A stretch of DNA of 44,026 nucleotides from Clostridia bacterium (lineage in GTDB: Bacteria > Bacillota > Clostridia > UMGS1810), in assembly GCA_017503945.1 (NCBI GenBank), contig JAFVSB010000155.1:1-44026 (forward strand). The letters are read 5' to 3'. The translations under genes and the position numbers were made by a program. The notes beneath the pieces are model-generated. The model was given only the letters and a program-made list of their open reading frames with translations, did not search any database and was not told the origin of the DNA. Below, piece by piece: positions 26,760-34,680 of the stretch (position 1 is its first letter; the number at the start of each line of letters is the position of its first letter).

Positions 26760-27036
26760 TAGTGTGCCAGGATTCGAACTCTCACTGCCTGACAAATGAA
26801 AATTTGAAAAGCTTTCAGCTTGTCGGTTTTGACGGGCGTCAGCCCGCCTTCAACCTGCCGCACTAAAATCTTAATAAAATTTTCATTTGTCAGGTGCCGA
26901 GCAGTTTCACATAGACAAATTTTCTTGAAACAAAGTAAATTACGCAGGAAATACTGACGTATTTTCAAGGAATTTACTGTAGTTTCAGGTGAATTTGTCA
27001 TGTGAAACCAATGTTAGTTCGAGTCCTGGCACACTA
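26760..27036 (+). repeat. 277-nt closed two-arm structured element (family copy B) between the M23 peptidase gene and ctp
   Basis: 21-bp closing stem 26760-26780 / 27016-27036 with a single G-U. Arm 1 is 26788-26894 (17 perfect bp at the base). Arm 2 is 26904-27008. Colinear with 16695-16968. Confidence 0.75.
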
Positions 27037-27051
27037 TTCGGAGCTGATTAT

Positions 27052-28236
27052 ATGACTAAAAAAAGGCTTGTTGCCCTTTTGGCTGTGTGCTCAGTTATAA
27101 CAGCCATGCTTACCACTCTTTTTTTCCTCTCGCCACAAGGCAGGGCAGTGTATGCCACAATCGCTCAGCGCATTGGTGCAAGTCCTGCTGCTAAGCTCAT
27201 GAAGATAGAATCAATAGTAGACTCTGTGTACATGGGAGAATATGACAAAAACTGGCTCACCGACAAGGCGGCATATGAATATGCTGCTTCGGTAGGCGAT
27301 AAATACACACTCTATCTCAATGCCGCTGATTTTGAAAGCATGCAAGAAAATCTCGATGGCGGATACCGCGGCATCGGTATTCAGGTTGGTGCGAAAGACG
27401 GCAAGGTGCTCATTGACAGTGTGATGAAAGCTTCTCCTGCTGAGGCTGCCGGTCTTTTGAGCGGTGATTTTATAGTTTCGGTAAATGATGTGAGCTACAC
27501 ATCAGAAGACCTCTCAGAGGTTGTTTCGGCAATAAAGGAAGTGCCGCCTGGCGAAAGCGTCAAGCTTGGCATAGAGCGCGCAGGCGAGCTTATTGAGAAA
27601 AATGTCATAGTTAGTGATGTTGAGCTTGAATATGTAAAATCTACTCTCCTCGACGGCGGAGTCGGCTTTGTAAGAGTTGACACCTTTGGCAATGATGTGA
27701 GCGAAAAGTTTAAATCACACATAAACGCCCTCATTGAAACCGGCGCCACATCTCTTATCATAGATTTGCGCTCCAATCCCGGCGGTGCTCTTGATACTGT
27801 TGTGGATATGGTTGACTTTTTGGTGCCTGAGGGTATAATCACCACAGTTAAAGACCGCAACGGCAACGAAGAGGTCTATAGTTCTGACAAGTCAGAGATA
27901 AATCTCCCCATGTGTGTGCTCATAAATGAAAACAGCGCCAGCGCATCAGAAATCATGGCGGCAGCGCTCAGTGATTATGGCAAAGCCACCTTAGTTGGCA
28001 AAAACACCTACGGCAAAGGCGTGGTGCAGGGAGTGTATTCCTTGGGTGACGGCACAGGCCTCAGGGTAACCATAGCGCGTTATTACACCCCTGCGGGGCA
28101 GTGCATCGACGGCAAGGGTGTAGCGCCCGATGCAGAAGTTGATTTGCCGGATGGTATTTCGCTTAAGCACTTTGATGCCACCGAAGAGGGCGACACTCAG
28201 CTTGAAAAAGCAATAGATATTCTAAAGAATAAATGA
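27052..28236 (+). CDS. ctp: S41-family C-terminal processing peptidase with PDZ domain
   Basis: N-terminal TM anchor, a PDZ segment (GIQVGAKDGKVLIDSVMKASPAEAAGLLSGDFIV), and DLRSNPGG and NENSASASEI catalytic motifs. Start moved to ATG 27052; the track start 26989 lies inside the structured element. Confidence 0.9.
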   Translation: MTKKRLVALLAVCSVITAMLTTLFFLSPQGRAVYATIAQRIGASPAAKLMKIESIVDSVYMGEYDKNWLTDKAAYEYAASVGDKYTLYLNAADFESMQENLDGGYRGIGIQVGAKDGKVLIDSVMKASPAEAAGLLSGDFIVSVNDVSYTSEDLSEVVSAIKEVPPGESVKLGIERAGELIEKNVIVSDVELEYVKSTLLDGGVGFVRVDTFGNDVSEKFKSHINALIETGATSLIIDLRSNPGGALDTVVDMVDFLVPEGIITTVKDRNGNEEVYSSDKSEINLPMCVLINENSASASEIMAAALSDYGKATLVGKNTYGKGVVQGVYSLGDGTGLRVTIARYYTPAGQCIDGKGVAPDAEVDLPDGISLKHFDATEEGDTQLEKAIDILKNK

Positions 28237-28237
28237 T

Positions 28238-28270
28238 AAAAAACCCAACGGAATTTCCGTTGGGTTTTTG
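28238..28270. terminator. Bidirectional intrinsic terminator between convergent ctp and the MATE gene
   Basis: AAAAAACCCAACGG, loop AATTT, CCGTTGGGTTTTTG. A-run and T-run flanks allow function on both strands. Confidence 0.9.
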
Positions 28271-29635
28271 TTATATGCTGTCTGCCAGCGATTTTCTCTT
28301 TTTCCATATTCCCGAGACAAAATAAATAAATCCGGGTATTGCGCAGCCATATGCTGCCACGCCGTATCCAAGCACAAATCCGTAAAAACCCCAGCCTGCG
28401 GCAATACCGAAAAGCCAGCTTAGTCCTATTCGGAGCACAACACCGTCGAGAAGTGAAAGAATCATGCCGAGGCTTGCGTTGCCTATGCCCTGAATGAATG
28501 CATTTGTTCCTCGCATGATTGCAAGCGCGGGGAAGATCCACACAATTGCCGATATGAATGTGTCTGCCATGTCGTGAACGGCACTGTCATCTGAAAACAT
28601 CATAAAGAGCTCTTTGCCAAAGAGGAAATACACCGCAATGGTAAAGCATGCAAAAAGGCTTGAGTACAGCAGAGTCCACCACACCACACGCTTTGCTCTC
28701 GCTCTGTCTTTGGCGCCGAGATTCTGGCTTATCATGGGCAGTGCTGCAAACTGAAGTCCCTGAGATATTTTGTTGAATATGTCATCAATTCGGGTGCCCA
28801 CGCCAAAAGCTGCCGATGCCACAACGCTCACCGAATTGACAAGCGAGTTGACAAATAGCATCGAAAGGTTGATGCAGCCCGCCTGAATTGCCATGGGAGT
28901 GCCCAGAGAAAACATCATTTTGCAATATTTTTTGTTCAGGCGAAAGCTCTCTTTACGAAAATCAAAGCCAAAAGATTCGCGGCTTCTGTATAGATAGAAC
29001 AATGAGAAGACAAACGACACCGCCTGACCTATGATGGTGGCATATGCCGCACCTGCCACACCCCAGCCAAGCATGCCTGTGAACACAATATCGAGCACGA
29101 GGTTAACCAGTGTGGCTATGCCAATAAAAAGAAACGGTCTTTTGGAATCGCCCATGCCTCTTAAGATTGCCGACACCACATTGTAGCCGGCGGTGAAAAT
29201 CAGCCCTCCTGCACAGATCATAAGATAATCTATAGCCATTGCGTGTGATTCAGAGGGGATATTCATCCACTGCATTATGCTTGAGTGCATTGTCAAAAAC
29301 ACAGCGCTAAACAAAACTCCAATGAGCAAAATGAGAGTAAACAGCGTGCCTATTATGTCATTTAGCTCTTTCTTTTTGCCTGCACCCAGCGCCTGAGCTA
29401 TGAGCACCTGCCCCGCATTGGCAAATCCAAGGCACACCATGGTGGCAAAGTTGACTATCATACTGCTTTGTGACACAGCCGAAAGTCCGGCAGTGCCCAC
29501 ATAGTTGCCCACTATTATCATGTCGATGGTGGAATATAGCACCTGCAGGGCATTTGATGCCATAAAAGGCAGAGTAAACCACAATAGCTGCCGTGCAATG
29601 CTGCCCTTGGTAAAATCTTTGGTAATGCTTGCCAT
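28271..29635 (-). CDS. MATE-family efflux transporter
   Basis: MASITKDFTKGSIARQLLWFTLPFMASNALQVLYSTIDMIIVG is a typical MATE N-terminus, and about 12 TM segments are predicted. Start at the second Met (AGAGG RBS). Confidence 0.9.
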   Translation of the reverse strand: MASITKDFTKGSIARQLLWFTLPFMASNALQVLYSTIDMIIVGNYVGTAGLSAVSQSSMIVNFATMVCLGFANAGQVLIAQALGAGKKKELNDIIGTLFTLILLIGVLFSAVFLTMHSSIMQWMNIPSESHAMAIDYLMICAGGLIFTAGYNVVSAILRGMGDSKRPFLFIGIATLVNLVLDIVFTGMLGWGVAGAAYATIIGQAVSFVFSLFYLYRSRESFGFDFRKESFRLNKKYCKMMFSLGTPMAIQAGCINLSMLFVNSLVNSVSVVASAAFGVGTRIDDIFNKISQGLQFAALPMISQNLGAKDRARAKRVVWWTLLYSSLFACFTIAVYFLFGKELFMMFSDDSAVHDMADTFISAIVWIFPALAIMRGTNAFIQGIGNASLGMILSLLDGVVLRIGLSWLFGIAAGWGFYGFVLGYGVAAYGCAIPGFIYFVSGIWKKRKSLADSI

Positions 29636-29796
29636 ATATAAGTCGCCTCTTTTATGCACAAAAAATCGGGCGCTTTGCGCGCCCATAATATAATCATATC
29701 ATAAGTGAGTGCCGGTTGTAAACAAAAAATTACTCAAAGCCCTTAATTTCTGCTATTTGTACAAAAACAGTTTTCAAAGCTTTTGCATTTTGTCAA

Positions 29797-29825
29797 TTGA
29801 AAAGGTGCAGAGAGTGTGTTATATT
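29797..29825 (+). promoter_or_regulatory. Sigma-A type promoter of the orphan 29.8-30.25 kb unit
   Basis: TTGAAA (29797-29802), 17-nt spacer ending TGT (extended -10), TATATT (29820-29825). Confidence 0.5.
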
Positions 29826-29831
29826 ATAGTC

Positions 29832-30250
29832 ACAGAAAGAAAGAGAGGTACAGGCCAATGAGAATCTGACAAACCAAGCTTTTAAAAGTGCAGATTAAAA
29901 AGTTAAAGATTTTAAGTTCTGAACAGGAAGCAGAGGTAAATAAAAAGCAACAAACACGACGGTGTTACGTATTTATATAGATGAAGATGTAAAATAAGTT
30001 CAGAGTGAAAAATCAATCTTCACAAAAAAGCTTGCAAATTTCACCTTTTGACAGCAAAGAAGATCAACTGAAACATCAAGCAGTTCTCGCTAGAGAAAAG
30101 ATAATGATTATGTGTTGAGATGTTGGAATGATGCATCAGAAGGTAGGATAAGAAAGAGAGGTTACCCAAAGATGTTAGATATCAAAATTGAACAGAAATG
30201 ACCCTTGACTGCAGAGGTATTGGTGGTCAAGGGTCATTTCTGTTTTGTTT
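29832..30250 (+). ncRNA. Candidate stand-alone ~420-nt A-rich, C-poor transcript with no credible long ORF
   Basis: Bounded by the promoter at 29797-29825 and a very strong terminator at 30193-30250. The downstream tcdA operon has its own promoter at 30279-30307. Only 3- and 9-codon ORFs follow the two AGAGAGG RBS-like boxes. Confidence 0.35.
30193..30250 (+). terminator. Strong intrinsic terminator of the orphan unit
   Basis: CAGAAATGACCCTTGAC (30193-30209) pairs perfectly over 17 bp with GTCAAGGGTCATTTCTG (30226-30242), followed by TTTTGTTTT. Confidence 0.9.
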
Positions 30251-30278
30251 TGAAACAAAATCTTTTGCCAAGGCACTC

Positions 30279-30307
30279 TTGATTTTAGAAGCAAAGCGTG
30301 ATATAAT
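30279..30307 (+). promoter_or_regulatory. Sigma-A type promoter of tcdA-nifS-nifU
   Basis: TTGATT (30279-30284), 17-nt spacer ending TGA, TATAAT (30302-30307). Confidence 0.55.
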
Positions 30308-30367
30308 AAGTTGATTATGGGATTTTAGGTTTAATGCGAATAATATTTTTCGTATATGGTGAATTTA

Positions 30368-31075
30368 ATGGAAGAAAGATTTTCTCGCACGCAGGCAATG
30401 CTCGGTGCATCAGCTCTGCAAAAACTAAGGCAAAGCACTGTTGCCGTCTTTGGAGTAGGCGGTGTGGGTGGTGCGGCAGTTGAGGCGCTTGCCCGCGCAG
30501 GTGTGGGGCGATTGGTGCTGGTAGATAGTGACACTGTGTCTGCATCCAACATCAACCGTCAGATAATTGCCCTTGACTCAACCGTTGGCATGCTCAAGGT
30601 AGAAGCTGCCCGCCAAAGAGTGGCAGACATCTGCCCCGACACTGAGGTGGTCACCAAGCAATGCTTTTTCCTGCCGGATACTGCATCGGAATTTGACTTT
30701 TCAGAATTTGATTATGTAGTAGACGCGATGGACACTGTGAGCGCAAAGGTTGAGCTTATCACACAAGCAAAAAACTCAGGCGTGAAGGTCATTTCTGCCA
30801 TGGGCGCAGGCAATAAGCTTGACCCCTCGGCATTTAAAGTGGCCGACATCCATGCCACAAAGGTGTGCCCCCTTGCAAGGGCTGTGCGCACTGCTCTCAA
30901 AAAGCGAGGCATCACATCGGTCAAATGCGTATATTCCGAAGAAATGCCCATTTTATCCCATGCTTGTGATGAACTCACTCATGGCGGCCGACCCGTGCCC
31001 GGGTCTGTGTCATTTGTGCCACCCGTTATGGGCTACATTATGGCAGGGGAAGTTATAAAGGACTTAATAAATTAA
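30368..31075 (+). CDS. tcdA: ThiF/MoeB-fold protein, tRNA threonylcarbamoyladenosine dehydratase (TcdA/CsdL)-like
   Basis: [62 protein letters not shown] matches the TcdA-type Rossmann N-terminus. Confidence 0.75.
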   Translation: MEERFSRTQAMLGASALQKLRQSTVAVFGVGGVGGAAVEALARAGVGRLVLVDSDTVSASNINRQIIALDSTVGMLKVEAARQRVADICPDTEVVTKQCFFLPDTASEFDFSEFDYVVDAMDTVSAKVELITQAKNSGVKVISAMGAGNKLDPSAFKVADIHATKVCPLARAVRTALKKRGITSVKCVYSEEMPILSHACDELTHGGRPVPGSVSFVPPVMGYIMAGEVIKDLIN

Positions 31076-31092
31076 GAAGGTGTATTTTTACT

Positions 31093-32280
31093 ATGCAGAT
31101 TTATGCTGATAATGCTGCTACAACCAAAATGTCGCAGACTGCTATAGACGCCATGATGCCATATATGCAGGGCATCTTTGGCAATCCGTCGAGTCTCCAC
31201 TCAGTGGGTCAGGAGGCAGCCGAAGCTCTCAGTGAGGCAAGGGCAGCCGTTGCCGCATCTTTAGGGTGCGAACCCAAAGAGATTTATTTTACATCGGGCG
31301 GCTCAGAGGCCGACAATCAGGCCATTGTGTCTGCCGCTGTAAACGGCGCCAAAAAAGGCAAAAAACATATCATATCCACTGCATTTGAACATCATGCAGT
31401 TCTCCACACTCTCAAAAAGCTCGAAAAGCAGGGCTTTGAGGTCACTCTTTTAGATGTGCACCAGTCGGGTCTCATCACCGCCGACGAGGTTGCCGCGGCA
31501 ATCCGCCCCGACACCTGCCTTGTTACGGTGATGTATGCCAACAACGAAATCGGCACAATCCAGCCTATTGCCGAAATCGGCGCAGCGTGCCGCGAAAAGG
31601 GCGTTGTGTTTCACACCGATGCCGTTCAGGCGGCAGGCCATTTGCACATTGATGTGGCAAAGCAAAACATCGACATGCTCAGCCTTTCGGCTCACAAGTT
31701 CCATGGTCCCAAGGGCGTGGGCGCGCTTTATTGCCGCAAGGGCATAATTCTTTCAAACATCATAGAGGGCGGCGCTCAGGAACGCGGCAAAAGAGGCGGC
31801 ACTGAGAATATTCCTGCCATAATGGGCATGGCCGCTGCACTCGGCGACTCTTGTGCCAATGCAAGTGCCAATGCAGCAAAGCTTACCAAAATGAGAGACA
31901 AGCTCATCGACGGCCTTTTGCAGATTCCTCACTCAGTGCTCAACGGTGACCGCGAAAATCGCCTGCCCGGCAATGTGAACATGTGCTTTGAGGGCATCGA
32001 GGGCGAATCGCTTCTTCTCATGCTCGATATGCACGGCGTTTGCGCATCATCAGGCTCTGCCTGCACATCGGGCAGTCTTGACCCCAGCCATGTGCTGCTG
32101 GCAATATGCAGCCCTTACGAAGTGGCACACGGGTCACTAAGGTTCTCTCTTTCAGAATACAACACCGATGAAGAAGTTGATGCCATCATATCTGCAGTGA
32201 CCGAGGTTGTGCAATATCTCAGAAACATGTCTCCCGTATGGAGAGATTTAAAGGAAGGAAGAAAACCCCATGTTATATAG
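31093..32280 (+). CDS. nifS: Cysteine desulfurase NifS
   Basis: ADNAATTKM start, [13 protein letters not shown]-lysine motif and [10 protein letters not shown] active-site cysteine loop. Confidence 0.95.
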   Translation: MQIYADNAATTKMSQTAIDAMMPYMQGIFGNPSSLHSVGQEAAEALSEARAAVAASLGCEPKEIYFTSGGSEADNQAIVSAAVNGAKKGKKHIISTAFEHHAVLHTLKKLEKQGFEVTLLDVHQSGLITADEVAAAIRPDTCLVTVMYANNEIGTIQPIAEIGAACREKGVVFHTDAVQAAGHLHIDVAKQNIDMLSLSAHKFHGPKGVGALYCRKGIILSNIIEGGAQERGKRGGTENIPAIMGMAAALGDSCANASANAAKLTKMRDKLIDGLLQIPHSVLNGDRENRLPGNVNMCFEGIEGESLLLMLDMHGVCASSGSACTSGSLDPSHVLLAICSPYEVAHGSLRFSLSEYNTDEEVDAIISAVTEVVQYLRNMSPVWRDLKEGRKPHVI

Positions 32281-32704
32281 CGAAAAGGTCATGGACCATT
32301 TTAAAAACCCCCGCAATGTGGGCTATATTGAAGACGCCGACGGTGTGGGTGAGGTTGGCAACGCCAAATGCGGAGATATAATGAAGATATATCTCAAAAT
32401 AGAAAATGACATCATAGTTGATGTGAAGTTTGAAACCTTTGGCTGCGGCAGCGCCATAGCTTCAAGCTCAATGGCAACAGAAATGATAAAGGGCAAGAGC
32501 GTGAGCGATGCTTTGGAGCTTACCAACAAAGCCGTTGTTGAAGCGCTCGATGGTCTCCCCCCTGCAAAGGTGCACTGCTCAGTGCTTGCAGAGGAAGCTG
32601 TGAAAAAGCTCTTAAAGACTATTATGACAAAAACGGCATCGAATATGACCACAGTCTTTTCCCCGATTGCGGCAATTGCGAACACTGCCACGGTTGATTA
32701 TTAA
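32270..32704 (+). CDS. nifU: Fe-S cluster scaffold NifU/IscU-type; the 3' end is apparently frameshifted at an A5 run
   Basis: [41 protein letters not shown]...[11 protein letters not shown]...HCSVLAEEA is canonical. After GTG AAA AAG (32600-32608) the 0 frame gives a featureless tail. The -1 frame gives [29 protein letters not shown] and stops at 32695-32697. Confidence 0.85.
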   Translation: MLYSEKVMDHFKNPRNVGYIEDADGVGEVGNAKCGDIMKIYLKIENDIIVDVKFETFGCGSAIASSSMATEMIKGKSVSDALELTNKAVVEALDGLPPAKVHCSVLAEEAVKKLLKTIMTKTASNMTTVFSPIAAIANTATVDY

Positions 32705-32710
32705 ATAAGT

Positions 32711-32747
32711 AAAGAAAGCAAAACACTTGTGTTTTGCTTTTCTTTTA
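32711..32747 (+). terminator. Terminator/attenuator-like hairpin between nifU and ttcA
   Basis: GCAAAACAC (32718-32726) pairs with GTGTTTTGC (32729-32737). The stem is extended by A/T pairs and followed by a T-rich run. Confidence 0.6.
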
Positions 32748-32764
32748 ACAATTTGGAGAATCTT

Positions 32765-33622
32765 ATGCGTGAAATGTCCGATAGCGTTCTTATAGAACGC
32801 AGCATAATTAAAAAATATCGCAAACAGCTCTGGAAGCCTTTTGTGGAGGCTGTCAAGAGATACCGACTCATTGCCGAGGGTGACCGCATAGCGGTGTGCA
32901 TTTCGGGCGGTAAGGATTCAATGCTTCTTGCCAAGCTTATGCAGCAGCTCCAAAGGCACAGCGAGGTGCCCTTTGAGCTTGTTTTTCTGGCCATGGACCC
33001 GGGCTATAACCGAGCTAACCGAGAGAAGATACAGTCCAATGCAGCACTCATGCAAATTCCTGTGGAGTTTTTTGACACCGACATTTTCGATGTGGCAAAC
33101 TCGGTGGATAAATCCCCTTGCTACCTTTGTGCGCGCATGAGGCGCGGGCATCTTTATGCCAATGCAAAGGCGCGCGGCTGCAATAAGATTGCTCTTGGGC
33201 ACCACATGAGCGATGTCATTGAAACCACACTCATGAGCATGATGTATGGCAGTCAGATTCAGGGCATGCTGCCGCGGCTTTCCAGCACCAATTTTGAAGG
33301 CATGGAGCTCATCAGGCCCATGTATTGTATACTCGAAGATGACATCATTGCTTGGCGTGACTATAACCGCCTTTCGTTTTTGCAGTGTGCCTGCCGCTTT
33401 ACCGAAAACATTGACAAAAGCGGTGACGGCACGGGTGAGTCAAAGCGTCAGGAGATAAAGCTTTTGATAAAATCTCTCAAAAAGACCAATCCCGATGTGG
33501 AACACAACCTTTTTGAAAGCATACACAATGTGATGGCAGACACCTTGCCCGAATATAAGCTCGGCGGAGTGAAGCATTCATTCCTTGAGCGTTTTGAGGA
33601 GGGGGGCGGCATATTTGATTGA
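32765..33622 (+). CDS. ttcA: PP-loop ATP pyrophosphatase, tRNA 2-thiocytidine TtcA-family
   Basis: SGGKDS PP-loop (VCISGGKDSMLL), and CYLCARMRRG and LQCACRF cysteine motifs. Start at ATG 32765 downstream of the terminator-like hairpin 32711-32747. Confidence 0.75.
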   Translation: MREMSDSVLIERSIIKKYRKQLWKPFVEAVKRYRLIAEGDRIAVCISGGKDSMLLAKLMQQLQRHSEVPFELVFLAMDPGYNRANREKIQSNAALMQIPVEFFDTDIFDVANSVDKSPCYLCARMRRGHLYANAKARGCNKIALGHHMSDVIETTLMSMMYGSQIQGMLPRLSSTNFEGMELIRPMYCILEDDIIAWRDYNRLSFLQCACRFTENIDKSGDGTGESKRQEIKLLIKSLKKTNPDVEHNLFESIHNVMADTLPEYKLGGVKHSFLERFEEGGGIFD

Positions 33623-34655
33623 TACAAATAGCGTAATACACAAGCTTGAAACCACTCACAATGCCACCGACGAAGAGCTTTTGCTTTTGATGGGCACCGA
33701 TTATGATGCATCTGTCCTTTTTGAAGCGGCAGACCGCGTGCGAAAGCAAGTGTACGCTGGCGAAGTCTACATCAGAGGCCTCATTGAAATATCTAACCAC
33801 TGCCGCAACAATTGCCTTTATTGCGGCATAAGAGCGTCGAACACCAATGTTTGCCGCTATCGCCTCACCAAGGAGCAAATTCTTGGCTGTTGCGCAGCAG
33901 GCTATGAGCTTGGCTTTCGCACCTTTGTGTTGCAGGGCGGTGAAGATGCCGCCTTTGACGATGACACCATGTGTGACATAATAGAAGCTATAAAGGCAGC
34001 TCACCCCAACTGTGCAGTCACACTGTCGATAGGTGAGAAAAGCCGCCAAAGCTACAAACGCTTTTTTGATGCAGGAGCCGACAGGTACCTCCTCAGGCAC
34101 GAAACTGCCGATGAAGAGCACTATGCAAGTCTGCATCCGCCGAAAATGAAGCTCGAGGCAAGAAAACAATGTCTTTTTGACCTGAAAGACATTGGCTATC
34201 AGGTGGGCAGCGGATTTATGGTGGGCTCGCCTGGTCAGATGCCCGGGCACCTTTTGGCAGACCTTAGGTTTTTGCAAGAGCTTAAACCCGACATGATAGG
34301 CATTGGCCCTTTTATTTCTCACAAAGACACCCCGTTTGCCAATTGTGCCAATGGCTCTGTTGACCTTACTGTAAAGCTTGTGGCAATACTCAGGCTTTTG
34401 TTTCCGCATGCGCTCATTCCTGCCACCACGGCACTGGGCACCATAGCGGCAGACGGCAGGCAGCGCGCTCTGACAGCCGGAGCCAATGTGGTGATGCCCA
34501 ATCTATCGCCGCAATCTGTGCGCGAGCTCTATAGCCTCTATGACAACAAGGCACACACCGGCGCCGAGGCCGCCGAGAGCCTTGCAATTTTAAAAAAGCA
34601 AGTATCTGAGGCAGGCTATGAGGTGGTAGTGGCACGAGGTGATGTCAAAAAATAA
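33615..34655 (+). CDS. hydE: [FeFe]-hydrogenase maturase HydE (radical SAM)
   Basis: CRNNCLYCGIRASN radical-SAM cluster motif, and overall BioB-like HydE features (LQGGED, GFMVGSPGQ, GANVVMPNLSP). The start is uncertain: TTG 33615 follows a GAGGAGG RBS and overlaps the ttcA stop; TTG 33585 is the alternative. Confidence 0.85.
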   Translation: MIDTNSVIHKLETTHNATDEELLLLMGTDYDASVLFEAADRVRKQVYAGEVYIRGLIEISNHCRNNCLYCGIRASNTNVCRYRLTKEQILGCCAAGYELGFRTFVLQGGEDAAFDDDTMCDIIEAIKAAHPNCAVTLSIGEKSRQSYKRFFDAGADRYLLRHETADEEHYASLHPPKMKLEARKQCLFDLKDIGYQVGSGFMVGSPGQMPGHLLADLRFLQELKPDMIGIGPFISHKDTPFANCANGSVDLTVKLVAILRLLFPHALIPATTALGTIAADGRQRALTAGANVVMPNLSPQSVRELYSLYDNKAHTGAEAAESLAILKKQVSEAGYEVVVARGDVKK

Positions 34656-34680
34656 AGTCCGCATTTGCGGACTTTATTTT
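34654..34680. terminator. Hairpin terminator between convergent hydE and the ParB/Noc-like gene
   Basis: AAAGTCCGCA (34654-34663) pairs with TGCGGACTTT (34666-34675), followed by ATTTT. Confidence 0.8.

Noticed and set aside
26760-27036. tRNA-like T-arm sequence (GGATTCGAACT / AGTTCGAGTCC) in the closing stem, suggesting a tRNA or tRNA-derived gene
   Set aside because: The two copies pair with each other as a 21-bp duplex. There is no flanking T-stem complement, D-arm, anticodon arm or acceptor stem, so this is not a tRNA or a tRNA-like module.
29832-30192. T-box or SAM/other riboswitch upstream of the tcdA-nifS-nifU operon
   Set aside because: There is no T-box sequence (GGGTGGTACCGCG), no specifier-loop or AGAGA/GNUGNRA stem I features, and no SAM-I core. 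In addition, an independent promoter for the operon lies downstream of the terminator.
33477-34409. 310-aa ORF on the minus strand
   Set aside because: It lies entirely antisense to the well-supported hydE gene. Its product is Cys/Arg/His/Lys-rich with no recognisable motif or RBS, so it is a typical shadow ORF.
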